The notes beneath the pieces are model-generated. The model was not told where the DNA came from. It saw only the letters and a list, made by a program, of their open reading frames with translations, and did no database searches. From a virus (taxonomy: Duplodnaviria; Caudoviricetes): a stretch of DNA of 57,400 nt. The position numbers and the translations under genes are program-made. The stretch spans positions 1 to 57,400 of the IMG/VR virus record IMGVR_UViG_3300017655_000002. The stretch is one strand, 5' to 3'. Positions 36,499 through 47,177 of this stretch are shown here, piece by piece. Numbering within the stretch: position 1 is the stretch's first letter; every line of letters starts with the position of its first letter.

Positions 36499-38812
36499 AC
36501 TCGGGATTGGCGTCGACTCCGATCCGGTCAAGGAAGCAAACGATCAGCTCGACGAATTCTCGGGCAAGGCCGGCAAAGCTCAGGACGCTGCAATTGCATT
36601 TCGTCGCGGCGCCGAGGAAGCCTCCACGGCTACTGACAAGATGGCGGGCGACCTTAAGTCCGCTAGCGAAGGATTTAACTGGATTGTCGCGGGGGCTGCT
36701 GCAGCTGCTGCGGCAATCGGCACCACGCTGGCGCTGGGCATCTCCTCGTCCATCAAGCGACTTGAGGAGGAAGAGCGCCTGCTGAGGCAATTCGACCAGG
36801 CCCTCAGCAATGTGGGAAACACCGCCAACACTTCGTCGGCTGAATTCAAGAAATTCGCGGATGACCTCGAAGACGCCACTGGTCGCGCTGCCGAGGAGGT
36901 CATGGCTATCGGCTCGAACCTCGCGACATTCGGCTTCTCGAATGACGTCTTCTACGACTCGATCAAGCTGGCCAATGACATGTCTGCCGCTTGGGGCGGT
37001 GACCTACGGTCGAGCATGGAAGGCTTGGGCCGCGCACTCGATGACCCGATTGCCGGCTTCGCCATGTTGCAGAAGCGAGGCATCTCGCTCACCGACGATC
37101 AGGCGGCTTTGGTTCAGCAGCTGGTTGACACCAATCAGAAGCTTGAGGCGCAGCGATACATCATCGAAGTCCTCAATGAGCAGGTAGGCGGCGTTGCCGA
37201 GGCCGGCTTCACGGGCTTTGCTGCGGCACAGCAGCGGCTGTCCAAATCGGTCGAAGACTTCTTTGACGCAATCGTAGAAGGAACTGGCTTGATCGACCTG
37301 CTCACTGTGGGCATGAACGCCGCGGCATCGGCTATCAACTTCGTCGCAGAGAACATGGACGTGCTTCTGGCGATCCTCGCCCCCATCGGTGTAGCGATTG
37401 GCGTGGCCTTTGGTCCTACCGCCGTGTCGATGATCCTCGGACTTGCCACTACGTTGTCCGGTCCGTTGCTCACGGGCATTCAGGCGGTTACTGCCGCGTT
37501 GATGGCCAATCCTTTTGTCGCGCTTGCTGCGGGCATCACAGCGGCTATTGCCGTCATCTGGAAGTTCCGTGAGGAGCTCGGCTTGACGGATGAGCGACTG
37601 AAGGCTATCGGCGAGGTGGGCTCTCGAGTCTTCAACATCATCACGCAAGCCGTGTCCGTCATGTATGGCGCGGTGGCTCCTTGGATCGAAGCGATCTATG
37701 ATCGTCTGATGCTCTGGGGTGGCTACATCGTGGACACGCTCACTCCGGCGTTCACGTTCATGTATGAGACGCTGGTCCCGATTTTTGAGCAGATTGCTCA
37801 ATGGATCGATGATCTGCTCTCAGGACTTGAGAACTTGCTGGGTATCACTCGACAGGCAGCTTCGGCAACCTCCTCGAGCAAATCCGGCGGGGGTGATGGC
37901 AAGGGGGCGGCTGCCGCTATGGAAAAGGCCGTCGACTCCGGGGGCAAGAAAGCTGCCGCTTCTATGGAGAAGGCAGTCGACAATGGGGGTAAGAAAGCGT
38001 CGACTTCGATCCAGAAAGCTGGCGAGGAAACGGGCATGGGGTTTGCCACTGCCCTCGACCTTGCCAATTCTCGAGGTGCCGCGAAGATGGAAAGGGCTCA
38101 CGAGCAGGGAGGCCAGAAGGCTTCGTCTGCGATGGAGGCCATGTCCAACATCATGTCCGCCAAGTTCGAAGGAACCGGACGAAACATCTATGACTTGTGG
38201 AACAACTGGGGCGACTCGTTTATCGACAGCTTCCAGACTTCCATCGGTCAGCTGTTGGCCGAATTCCAGAAGGCTCAGACGAACCTGATCGAGCAGCAGG
38301 CCAAGCTGGCTAATGCTCAGGCAAGTTACTATCGGGCGATGGCTGCGGACATTCGCGATGGTGGTAGCGGTCGCTCGAGCGGTGGCTCCTCGGGTAGAGG
38401 AGGCTACGGATCGTCCTCGGGGTCTTTGACAGGCAAAGCCGGGTCAGTCGGTTCCTCTTACTATGGGGGAGGCGGGTCCGGTGGTTCTGAGCTTGGGCTG
38501 GCACCAGAGAGCAGCGGTGGCATGAGCGTTACGCGAACCGCCCCGAAGGACCCTTGGGTTTCTGACTCTATGGCTCGCTACAAGGCGGGTACCATGGGCT
38601 CTGAGAAAGGGTCCATCGTGGATACCTCGTCGACTTCGATCAAGCCCACCTATCAGGATCAGCCGGGAGACAAGCCTCAGCAGAAGGTGGAAGTGACCGT
38701 GGTGAACCAGATGGACGCAAACGATCTGCTTAACTCAATGGCATCGAAGACCGGCCAGCAGATTATCTACAACGTGGTCCGCACCAGCATCGCGGACATT
38801 CTTGGAGGCTGA
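36485..38812 (+). CDS. Tape measure protein
   Basis: MDIAELGIGVDS; Ala-rich helical; LGRALDDPI.G...L. Confidence 0.9.
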   Translation: MDIAELGIGVDSDPVKEANDQLDEFSGKAGKAQDAAIAFRRGAEEASTATDKMAGDLKSASEGFNWIVAGAAAAAAAIGTTLALGISSSIKRLEEEERLLRQFDQALSNVGNTANTSSAEFKKFADDLEDATGRAAEEVMAIGSNLATFGFSNDVFYDSIKLANDMSAAWGGDLRSSMEGLGRALDDPIAGFAMLQKRGISLTDDQAALVQQLVDTNQKLEAQRYIIEVLNEQVGGVAEAGFTGFAAAQQRLSKSVEDFFDAIVEGTGLIDLLTVGMNAAASAINFVAENMDVLLAILAPIGVAIGVAFGPTAVSMILGLATTLSGPLLTGIQAVTAALMANPFVALAAGITAAIAVIWKFREELGLTDERLKAIGEVGSRVFNIITQAVSVMYGAVAPWIEAIYDRLMLWGGYIVDTLTPAFTFMYETLVPIFEQIAQWIDDLLSGLENLLGITRQAASATSSSKSGGGDGKGAAAAMEKAVDSGGKKAAASMEKAVDNGGKKASTSIQKAGEETGMGFATALDLANSRGAAKMERAHEQGGQKASSAMEAMSNIMSAKFEGTGRNIYDLWNNWGDSFIDSFQTSIGQLLAEFQKAQTNLIEQQAKLANAQASYYRAMAADIRDGGSGRSSGGSSGRGGYGSSSGSLTGKAGSVGSSYYGGGGSGGSELGLAPESSGGMSVTRTAPKDPWVSDSMARYKAGTMGSEKGSIVDTSSTSIKPTYQDQPGDKPQQKVEVTVVNQMDANDLLNSMASKTGQQIIYNVVRTSIADILGG

Positions 38813-38813
38813 C

Positions 38814-39773
38814 ATGGCTTTGATTTGGGTTGCTACCTCAATCGCTGACCTCGCATTTGTTGGAGGCTGCGCCTCGGACACCAACTCCGACGCTAAGTCC
38901 CCTTTGGTGCTGGAGAGCATTTCGGGCAATGCGACACAGGGGCGCTCACCTGCTTGGGAGCCCATGGTAGACATGTGGTATAGTCAGCACCTACGTAAAT
39001 GGAGTGGGTCGGGTTCCGCTTCCTCCAACTTCATCACATTCTACAACGCGGCGATGGAGCCCTTGTTCGGGCTTTCGATCCTTGGCTCCACACTGAGCGT
39101 GAGGATTTATCGGGGAGGTGCCTGGTCAGTGCTGACTTCGGGCGACGGTGCTTCTTACAACCCCCGAGCTCGCTTTGACATGCATGTGGTGATTGGCGAG
39201 GAAGGCCGCTTCGAGCTGTGGAACGATGCCTTGAAGGTTATCGACTTCACGGGCGATACTCGACCCACGGCCTTAGGAGGCGTTGCTCAGGTCTCCTTCA
39301 ACACTTCTGGTGGGGGACCTGGCCTGCACTCTGCTATCATGGTAGCGGATGAGAGCACCCGGATGCTGGAAATGTATCAGCGCAATCCTTGGACCAGCGG
39401 GGACAAGACTGAGTGGACTGGGACCATCAGCAACGTCACAAAGATTGGCATCAATGACAGTACCGTACTTTCGGCTACTGCCGCCGACCTGGAGACTATG
39501 ATGCTCTTCAACGCGATCCCCACGGGCTTTGGCCCTCGGGATTACGTTGACGTGATCCTTGCGGGTCGCGCCCAGTCCGCAGGTTCCCCTGGTGTGGATA
39601 CGCTGGCCCGCATCAACTACGTTCCGGGAGATACCTTCTATAAGGACGTAGTTCCCGATCCTGGACCGGTCTTTGGGCCGTTTCAGTCTCACTTCCCCGT
39701 CAATCCAAAAACAGGACTGCCTTGGCGAGGGACCGACATGGCGGACACTCAGTGGGGCGTTCGTTCCACCTAA
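38814..39773 (+). CDS. Tail/virion structural protein
   Basis: GGAGG RBS; after TMP; C-terminal NPKTGLPW. Confidence 0.7.
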   Translation: MALIWVATSIADLAFVGGCASDTNSDAKSPLVLESISGNATQGRSPAWEPMVDMWYSQHLRKWSGSGSASSNFITFYNAAMEPLFGLSILGSTLSVRIYRGGAWSVLTSGDGASYNPRARFDMHVVIGEEGRFELWNDALKVIDFTGDTRPTALGGVAQVSFNTSGGGPGLHSAIMVADESTRMLEMYQRNPWTSGDKTEWTGTISNVTKIGINDSTVLSATAADLETMMLFNAIPTGFGPRDYVDVILAGRAQSAGSPGVDTLARINYVPGDTFYKDVVPDPGPVFGPFQSHFPVNPKTGLPWRGTDMADTQWGVRST

Positions 39774-39789
39774 TTAGTCGAGGACTCCG

Positions 39790-42045
39790 ATGGATATCTC
39801 CAAGCTCACTCTGTACGGGGTAGCCACCCAGACTGGCACTTCCATCTCAAAGCTTACCCTGTATGGTGTGGTTACCCGGGAATTCTACGCTCGGCTGTCC
39901 TCGACCTATGAAATCAAGAAACGCGAAGTCTGGTCCACTGCTCTGGAGTGGGTACCCCCCGAGGGAAGCTCAGGTCGATCTGATGGTTGGGGCAACTATA
40001 CCGGTAGGATGCGGGTTCAGCCTCGCGCTCTTTCGGGAAAGGCCTTCGCTATCAGGTTGACCGCTCAGTCCCGCTCTGATCAGTCGATGTCCCTGAGCGA
40101 AGTGTTCCTTGGTGTTGGGTTTGGCGAAGGATCGGGTAGCCAGCCGTCTTACACCGAAGACCCGGTTCGAGTGACCTGGGGAGGGAGCAACGGTTTCACT
40201 ATCCCACAGGCCACCGAGATTGTCAGCGATCCTATCCCGTTCGAGTATGACTCCGAGTGGGACCTGGCGCTGATCATCGGCTTCTATTTGTCGGGGACTA
40301 CCAATCAAAACTTCGTCGCCATTACGCCCCTCGATGGCGCTGAGACTTGGAGCAAAGCAGGTCGTGACCTTGAGACAATCACTGTCTCGGGATATTCGCG
40401 TGGCCTACGCCAAGGGGTGGCCTTTGTCAAAATCGAATTCCTCGATGAGGACAATTCGGTCATTGCGACCATCGAGTCGGACTACTCAATCGACAACGCC
40501 ATCATGGCCCAGCTGGTGTCGGACTTTGCTGTTCGCGGGACCTTCGAAGCTTCGATGCCGTCTGACTACTCGATCCAAGGTCAGCCTTTCGAAGTGTCGC
40601 TTGAGTCGGACTATGAGCTCGGAGATGCTTCGTTCCGGGTCCTGTTGCCGTCAGATTACGTGATCCATGACTTCGTGACGAACCGAGTGTTCTCCGAATA
40701 CTCGATCCTGGCTCCTGTGGTTGCTTCGCTGACATCGGCGTACTCGATCATGGGTGATGAGTTCGAAGCTCAGCTGTCGAGCTCCTATGAGCTTCTCGGC
40801 AGCATCACGGCAACCCTTGTGTCCGAGTATCGCATCGAAGACGACAATGACATCCGAGCTGAGATGACTAGCTCCTATGAGATCGACGCCCCCCCTGTGG
40901 CTTCGGTGGGCACACTTAACCTGTATCCAATGGAGCCGGTTAGGGAGGGATGGTCATGGCTAACCCGTGTGAACATCGCCTGGGACAGCACAGAGCAACG
41001 CATCGCCATGCGCGTCGATCCTCGCATCCTCATCAGCCAGCCGGTGGCCTTGCCGGATGAGCGTGACCGAATGGATGCCTATCAGCAGCTCTACAACGTC
41101 GTCGGGACCATGCCCTATTTGCCGATGTTCTCTTATTTGACTCGGCTCATGGGGGTTACTCCGGTGGGCAGCGCTGAGCTGTTCTTTGATCGAGAACAGA
41201 CTTGGGTTCAGCTCGGTGATCAGGTGGCCATCTATCACCCAGCAACTCGTCGGCTGTTCGAGGCTACAGTTCAACTGCTTACTCCCACAGGAGCGATACT
41301 CAGCAATTCGTTTGAGTTCGAGCTTGACGGCTCCTGGGAAGTTGCTCCGTGCTTGAAGGTTCGTCTACCTAATCTCAGCTCTCTTTCCATGGAGGCTTTG
41401 ACAGGTCGATACACCCTATCCGGGGAGCAGTGCGCCTACCGTCGGTTTCGGCGTGATGGCTCACCGGGTACGTTGCCCATGTTCGAAGACGTGCCGGTAC
41501 TGCCGACCAGGCCTATCGCGGTCAAGAGCATCGAAGAAAGGTTTGATAGCAACTCAGAAACGCTCGATAACGAGACGGGGCTTCCCGCGACCTACTCGAG
41601 CTTCTCGCATCCCTTTGTAGATGGCACCTCCGAGTGGCTCATCAACCGTGACACTGACATGGACTTCTGGCGTGATTTCCTTTGGTCTCTTCGAGGCCAG
41701 CAGGGCATCTTCCTCATGTCCACTTGGCGTGAGGACCTCGAGCTGATCGACGTTCAGTCGGATCATGTCATCGTGGCGGGCAAGGAGTACCGAGACAAGT
41801 TCGAGTATGAGGTCTACAAGTGCCTTCAGCTTGAGTCCGAGAACTCGGTAACCTGGCGTCGAGTCTTGTCGGTAGTTGATGAGGGGGACAACCTCCGACT
41901 CAACCTGTCTTCGGCCTTGTCCGACCTCGAAGTGCATACGCTGTCCTACCTTAACCGAGTGAGGCTGAACAGTGACGTGATCTACTTTGATCACTACCGA
42001 AACCACTCGACTGTGTCCTTGCCAATCCGAACGGTGAACGAATGA
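39790..42045 (+). CDS. Tail protein with 14-15 aa repeats
   Basis: About ten x.L.SDY.I repeats; E.W.WLT, EQRIA.R..PR, DNETG. Confidence 0.75.
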   Translation: MDISKLTLYGVATQTGTSISKLTLYGVVTREFYARLSSTYEIKKREVWSTALEWVPPEGSSGRSDGWGNYTGRMRVQPRALSGKAFAIRLTAQSRSDQSMSLSEVFLGVGFGEGSGSQPSYTEDPVRVTWGGSNGFTIPQATEIVSDPIPFEYDSEWDLALIIGFYLSGTTNQNFVAITPLDGAETWSKAGRDLETITVSGYSRGLRQGVAFVKIEFLDEDNSVIATIESDYSIDNAIMAQLVSDFAVRGTFEASMPSDYSIQGQPFEVSLESDYELGDASFRVLLPSDYVIHDFVTNRVFSEYSILAPVVASLTSAYSIMGDEFEAQLSSSYELLGSITATLVSEYRIEDDNDIRAEMTSSYEIDAPPVASVGTLNLYPMEPVREGWSWLTRVNIAWDSTEQRIAMRVDPRILISQPVALPDERDRMDAYQQLYNVVGTMPYLPMFSYLTRLMGVTPVGSAELFFDREQTWVQLGDQVAIYHPATRRLFEATVQLLTPTGAILSNSFEFELDGSWEVAPCLKVRLPNLSSLSMEALTGRYTLSGEQCAYRRFRRDGSPGTLPMFEDVPVLPTRPIAVKSIEERFDSNSETLDNETGLPATYSSFSHPFVDGTSEWLINRDTDMDFWRDFLWSLRGQQGIFLMSTWREDLELIDVQSDHVIVAGKEYRDKFEYEVYKCLQLESENSVTWRRVLSVVDEGDNLRLNLSSALSDLEVHTLSYLNRVRLNSDVIYFDHYRNHSTVSLPIRTVNE

Positions 42046-42938
42046 CCTACACCATCTATGACTCTTCTATTCGACAGGGAGCACCTGTGGAGGGCTATGA
42101 GTTCACCGGCGTGTTTGGCACCATGCGGTACTCGGATCAGCCGCAAGACATCTACATTGCCGGGAAGTTGTTTCGCCCAGCAGTGATGCTCAGAGATGCC
42201 AACATCGTGACGGGCTCCTTGGCTCGGGAAGCTCGCACGATGAGCCTCTCAGTTCCACAGGATGCTAAGCTCGCTCGTTCCTATGGCTCTGAGATGACAC
42301 CGGATCGTTTGATGGTTACGGTCTACCGAGCTCATCATGGCGACAATTGGGAGACTGAATACCGCGTCATCTGGAGCGGGATCGCTCGAGGGTATGCCTA
42401 TCGCTCTCGAGTGTTCTCCGCGATCATGGGCGCTGAGCCTGAGCTTCTGGCTCATCGACGCCTACGCAAGGTGAAGCTCACGGTGAAGTGCAACCACGTC
42501 CTCTATGACAAGAGGTGCAAGGCCAATCGAGCCGCGAACGTCTATCAAGGACGTGTCGAGCTTGTGTCTCCCGACGGCAACCAAGTCACCTATGCCGATA
42601 CTCCTCCCCAGCCTAACGGCTACTTCGCTCCTGGCTCCGTCATCAACAAGGCCACTGGAGAGGTTCGGGTGGTAGTGGTTGACGAGGCCGGCGTCGTGAC
42701 TATCGACCGGCCTTTCTCCGAAATCAGTGTGGGTGACGCTCTCGAGGTAGTTCGCGGGTGCGATAAAACTTATGCCCATTGCCTTGGCAGGTTTAACAAC
42801 GTCCGAAACTATGGTGGGTTTCGCGATCAGCCGAACGACTCGGTATTGATCACCAAGGGCGTTGGTGTCTTGCCTCCGGAACAGCTTGAATTGGTGACAG
42901 GCAAGTTCGAGCGACTGAAAGACCCAGGAGTTTTCTAA
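42042..42938 (+). CDS. Tail-tip assembly protein (BR0599/DUF2163-like)
   Basis: CNHVLYD.RC and GCDKT...C..RFNN..NYGGF. Confidence 0.85.
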   Translation: MTYTIYDSSIRQGAPVEGYEFTGVFGTMRYSDQPQDIYIAGKLFRPAVMLRDANIVTGSLAREARTMSLSVPQDAKLARSYGSEMTPDRLMVTVYRAHHGDNWETEYRVIWSGIARGYAYRSRVFSAIMGAEPELLAHRRLRKVKLTVKCNHVLYDKRCKANRAANVYQGRVELVSPDGNQVTYADTPPQPNGYFAPGSVINKATGEVRVVVVDEAGVVTIDRPFSEISVGDALEVVRGCDKTYAHCLGRFNNVRNYGGFRDQPNDSVLITKGVGVLPPEQLELVTGKFERLKDPGVF

Positions 42939-45538
42939 TGGCCAACATCCAAATCCCCGGCAGCCAGCTGGTGACCATCGGCGAGAATGGTCAGCTTACC
43001 TCACCGCGTAGCTCGCCGCCTCCTGCAGGCGGCATCATGAACCCTGGCTTCAACACCACTTCCGTGTTGACTAAGCAGTGGCGAAAGACTGTCACGGTGG
43101 AGGGCAAGCCCGATAACCCTCCGGGGCTCGGAAAGCCTGAGGTCATCCCGGGTTCCACCATCCCGTATATCATCGGCCAGCAGCGCATTCCTGTGGCATT
43201 GGTCTCCTGGTATGGCAACCTTCGCGCTGTCGAGAAGATCACCAAGGAAATCACTAACTCGACCACGCAACACTTGCGCACATTCGAGACGTATTTCAAT
43301 CAGGACAACTTCTTGACCACCGACACGGTCACCGTGACCAAGAACATCATCGGCTGGCAGGCTGACGTTGTGCTGCTGCTGTGTCTTGGTCCGGGGACTG
43401 AGCTTCTCACGGTCTTCAACGATGACGAGCCTGTGTGGCAAGGGAACTTGGGCGTCGGTCGCCACGTTGCTCAATGGTCGGACAAGTCTCTGCTCAGCCA
43501 GGACATGATCTGGCATTCGGGTGAGTATGACCAAGCCCCGGACCCTTACATGCAGACATGGGTGGACCCTAACGTTTCGGGGTTCCCGGGCATCTCATAT
43601 CTGATCCTTCGCGGACTCAGCGTGACCTCGAACTTTCCCAACCTCACTTTCGAGGTCCGTCGCCGGATGAACCCTCTCGGTCTTCCCGACAACGTGAACG
43701 AGATCAGCTATCAGTCTGCTTGCGGTCCCGCTCGTGACATGAACTTGGCCACGATGGCCTACGAAATCCTGAGCAATGAATGGGTCGGCGTTGGGGTCTC
43801 TGAGGATGCCATTGACAAGGTGAGTTTCACGCAAACCGCGATGACTCTTGCTGAGGAAGGCAACTGCGGTGCCCTCTACAATCAAGATGATACCTCGGGA
43901 GCGAAGTTTCTTCAGCTTATTGAAGGTCAGGCCAATGGGGTGATCTTCGTAAATCACCATACGGGCAAAGTCGAGTTTCGGCTTTACCGAAAGCCTGCCA
44001 ACACCTCGGATGCTTTCGAGCTTAGCCCGAGCAACATCCTGACGATGACTCAGCTCAGCAAACAGGCGTGGGACTCTTTGCCTAACGCCCTCGAGGTCAC
44101 CCACACTGATCGGTGCGGGAGCTACGTGGCTGGCAGTCTACCCTTGGAGATGTTGACGGCTGACGGTACGATCAAGAAGGAAGAGCGAGTGGAGTACCCA
44201 CTGGCGATGGATTTCTCTATCGCTCAGAAGTGCGCTATTCGGGACATGCCCTACCTCACTACGCCCATGTGGTCGTTCTCCTCGGAGGTAACCCGAGAAG
44301 CCGCTCACTTGATGCCGGGAGACTTGGTTAACTTTAGCTGGCCTGACTACCGCATCTCCAATGCCATTGCCGCGGTAACCAGTAAGGTCGAGTCCAAGGC
44401 TAACGGTCAAGTGACCCTTGAGTACTTTGTCTTGCTGGAGCCTTACTCGTATCTCATCGTGGACGGCGAAGTGACTCAGTTCACTGCTCCTGATCCCAAC
44501 CCCAAGCCTCCGTCAAGGGCAAGGGTGGTCAGCTCGCCGTTCTGGCTTTCATATCTCGCCGGCTTCAACTACCGATACTTCGGCTTCATCGACCGAGATG
44601 TGCCGCTGTATCTGGTGGATCGTGCGAACGAGTATCAGCAGAAGTTCGATATCTCGCAGTACGATCACCCATTGACGCCCGGCGAGTGGATGGACTACGA
44701 CTCCAGCATCGGCTATTCTTCGATTGGTGTGCTCGTCACTCCCATCTCGGCCGAGGACGGTTGGGAGACAGGGGTCATCCCGGAAATCGAAATCAACGAT
44801 GTCCGAAATGACTTCTACGTTCAGACTCAGGGCCTGGTGGGCGCCAAGGCGGGCCGAGCCTTCCTGGTCATCGACAACGAGTTCTTTGCTTATGAGGAAG
44901 CGGAGAAAACAGGTGACCACTCCTGGAAGCTCAAGCGCGTCCACCGAGCTCTGTTTGGGGGTGAGTTTGTTGCTCATGCGGCCAACTCACTTGCGGCGAT
45001 GTTCGCGAATGACTATCGCAACGTTGGCAACAAGTCGTTTAGCTTCGACTCCGGGGACCCCGTCCACCTCAAGGCTCTTTCTTGGGGTGTTCGTCGTCGC
45101 GAAACCTCAGTGGAAGATGACGGCTTGATGCTACCCGACTGGACGCCGACCGATCAACTCGGTAAGCCCTACCGACCGGATAACACGACTATCAACGGAG
45201 TGAGGTCACTGACTCCTGTGGTGGTCACGCATGGCGTGGAGTTCGAGATGACTTGGGCGGGTAGAAATCGCTCAGTGCTTGATCAGGTTCCCTTCATGGA
45301 CGATCCGGGTCACCCACAGGAGATCGGTCCCTATGGCGGGGCTTGGCAGTTCTTTGTCTACCTCGAAGACGCAGATGGAGAACGTCTCGTTGGTTCGTCT
45401 CCGGAAGAAACCATCTTGATCACTCCCGATAACACTTGGATACCCGGACCAGCTAAAATCTGGGTAGCCACGCTTACGGAGGACGGACGACTTTCCGCCC
45501 ATGCCGATAAGCTACCGATCACCATATCCGCAACCTAG
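42938..45538 (+). CDS. Tail tip/central fibre (hub) protein
   Basis: IPYIIG, FEVRR, N.A...YEIL, ID..SF, L.PGD, RALFG; 866 aa. Confidence 0.8.
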   Translation: MANIQIPGSQLVTIGENGQLTSPRSSPPPAGGIMNPGFNTTSVLTKQWRKTVTVEGKPDNPPGLGKPEVIPGSTIPYIIGQQRIPVALVSWYGNLRAVEKITKEITNSTTQHLRTFETYFNQDNFLTTDTVTVTKNIIGWQADVVLLLCLGPGTELLTVFNDDEPVWQGNLGVGRHVAQWSDKSLLSQDMIWHSGEYDQAPDPYMQTWVDPNVSGFPGISYLILRGLSVTSNFPNLTFEVRRRMNPLGLPDNVNEISYQSACGPARDMNLATMAYEILSNEWVGVGVSEDAIDKVSFTQTAMTLAEEGNCGALYNQDDTSGAKFLQLIEGQANGVIFVNHHTGKVEFRLYRKPANTSDAFELSPSNILTMTQLSKQAWDSLPNALEVTHTDRCGSYVAGSLPLEMLTADGTIKKEERVEYPLAMDFSIAQKCAIRDMPYLTTPMWSFSSEVTREAAHLMPGDLVNFSWPDYRISNAIAAVTSKVESKANGQVTLEYFVLLEPYSYLIVDGEVTQFTAPDPNPKPPSRARVVSSPFWLSYLAGFNYRYFGFIDRDVPLYLVDRANEYQQKFDISQYDHPLTPGEWMDYDSSIGYSSIGVLVTPISAEDGWETGVIPEIEINDVRNDFYVQTQGLVGAKAGRAFLVIDNEFFAYEEAEKTGDHSWKLKRVHRALFGGEFVAHAANSLAAMFANDYRNVGNKSFSFDSGDPVHLKALSWGVRRRETSVEDDGLMLPDWTPTDQLGKPYRPDNTTINGVRSLTPVVVTHGVEFEMTWAGRNRSVLDQVPFMDDPGHPQEIGPYGGAWQFFVYLEDADGERLVGSSPEETILITPDNTWIPGPAKIWVATLTEDGRLSAHADKLPITISAT

Positions 45539-45549
45539 GAGAACACCCC

Positions 45550-46074
45550 ATGGCCGTCATCGCCACCGATATCCAGTTCCGCCTTTCCGGTGGTTCTGGC
45601 AATTCAGACCCGGAGGCCTCGCTCGGAGGCGTCATGTCTTCGAACTCGGTCGTCGGCTCCCCGACAACTAACAACATCTTCGACAACGTGACCGCTGACG
45701 AAGCCCTCGCAGGTGACATCAACTACCGGTGCATCTACATCCTCAACTCCAACACGGTGGATGGGCTGATCAGCGGCAAGGTGTGGATCGAGTCCAACAC
45801 GCCCAGTGCCGATACCAACATCGCCATTGGCCTTGATCCCGCGGGCGTCGGTGATGGTTCCACCACGGGAGTGGCGACCACGATTGCCGACGAGGACACG
45901 GCTCCTTCGGGAGTCACGTTCTCGTCCCCCGCAACCGAGGGCGCTGCATTGGCTATTCCCGCGATGACGGCTTCTCAGGGCATTGCCCTGTGGGTTCGTC
46001 GCACGGTCACCGAAGAGGCAGAGCCCGTCACTTCCGATCCGTTCACTATCACGTTCAAGGGCTCGCCCGCATAA
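45550..46074 (+). CDS. Virion structural protein
   Basis: SLGG.MS, NIFDNVT..E..AG...YRCIY..N, LWVRR; ends GSPA. Confidence 0.7.
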   Translation: MAVIATDIQFRLSGGSGNSDPEASLGGVMSSNSVVGSPTTNNIFDNVTADEALAGDINYRCIYILNSNTVDGLISGKVWIESNTPSADTNIAIGLDPAGVGDGSTTGVATTIADEDTAPSGVTFSSPATEGAALAIPAMTASQGIALWVRRTVTEEAEPVTSDPFTITFKGSPA

Positions 46075-46077
46075 GGA

Positions 46078-46920
46078 ATGGACATGAACAACTCTGATAT
46101 GCAACGGCTGCTTGCCGCAGCGGGCTACTATCGAGATCGCATCGATGGGGCCTTAGGGATGAAGAGCCGAGAGGCTGCCTTCAAAATCCTGGACCGTCAC
46201 CCGACACTCCACAAGGCGAACCGCGCATGGTCCAATCAGAAGGTCGTGATCGCGGCTTGTCAGATTGTCTTGCTATTCGCGGGCTATGACCCGGGCGCGG
46301 TCGATGGCCTTCTCGGGCACAACACACGCGAGGCATTCAATGACTGGGACGCGGTAAATTCGACCCAGGGAGCTCGCCAGCTGCCTCGCGACCCGGTCGA
46401 CACGTATACCCCGGTCAAATCCGCGTTCCCGCGCCAGGCCGGCGTTGTCGCGTTCTACGGTAAGCCGGGCGTAGCCGGTTCAGCTGAAGACAAGGAGATG
46501 CAGAAGCAGCTGGTCGATGTCACCTTCCCCATCTCGTTCAGGATCGACTACAACCTCGATCAGAAAGCCACCCGGATGCGCCTTCACAAGAAGTGTGCGG
46601 CATCGGCCCAAAAGGCCCTTGAGCAGGCGGTAAACTACTATGGCGAGTCCCAGTATCGAAAGTTGGGGCTTGACCGCTTTGCGGGGTCGTACATGCCTCG
46701 CCTCATGCGCGGGAGCAAGACGACGTTCTCGATGCACGCCTACGGCTGCGCCCATGATTGGTACGCAGCACCGAATGGACTCAACACCCGCTGCCCACAG
46801 GCATTGTTCTGTGGGGAGGAGTACAAAGCCTTCTTCGATATCTGGGAGGCTAACGGGTGGACTTCGCTCGGAAGAGCAATCGGCCGTGACTGGATGCACC
46901 TCCAGGCGGCATCACTCTAG
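46078..46920 (+). CDS. Endolysin: peptidoglycan-binding domains plus M15-family peptidase
   Basis: IDG.LG..SREA and GYDPGAVDGLLG.NT; R.MRG, SMHAYGCAHD, DWMHLQ. Confidence 0.9.
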   Translation: MDMNNSDMQRLLAAAGYYRDRIDGALGMKSREAAFKILDRHPTLHKANRAWSNQKVVIAACQIVLLFAGYDPGAVDGLLGHNTREAFNDWDAVNSTQGARQLPRDPVDTYTPVKSAFPRQAGVVAFYGKPGVAGSAEDKEMQKQLVDVTFPISFRIDYNLDQKATRMRLHKKCAASAQKALEQAVNYYGESQYRKLGLDRFAGSYMPRLMRGSKTTFSMHAYGCAHDWYAAPNGLNTRCPQALFCGEEYKAFFDIWEANGWTSLGRAIGRDWMHLQAASL

Positions 46921-46931
46921 AAAGGGAAGAC

Positions 46932-47108
46932 ATGGGAAGCGTCTCGAAAGCAATTGCTGCCGGCATCGGCGGCGGGGTCGTTGGCACTGTGGGCCTGCCG
47001 GTCATGCCGGAAGGAACACCGTGGTACGGCTACATCATCCTTTACGCCATTTCGATCATGGTACCGGCCATCGTAACTTACGCTGCGCCGCCCAACACGA
47101 AGACGTAA
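46932..47108 (+). CDS. Putative holin (58 aa, two hydrophobic segments)
   Basis: MGSVSKAIAAGIGGGVVG..WYGYIILYAISIMVPAIVTYAAPPN; directly after endolysin. Confidence 0.6.
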   Translation: MGSVSKAIAAGIGGGVVGTVGLPVMPEGTPWYGYIILYAISIMVPAIVTYAAPPNTKT

Positions 47109-47115
47109 TTTCATC

Positions 47116-47145
47116 GGCCCGGGCCTAACAAGCTCGGGCCATTTC
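47116..47145 (+). terminator. Hairpin/weak terminator
   Basis: GGCCCGGGC-N7-GCTCGGGCC then ATTTC. Confidence 0.5.
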
Positions 47146-47177
47146 ACATTTGACTCCAGGGGGGTTACCAGGAGAAG

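Noticed and set aside
38814-45538. Apparent codon-usage shift (more T-ending codons) suggesting a swapped tail module
   Set aside because: Visual impression only; needs GC3 and codon statistics
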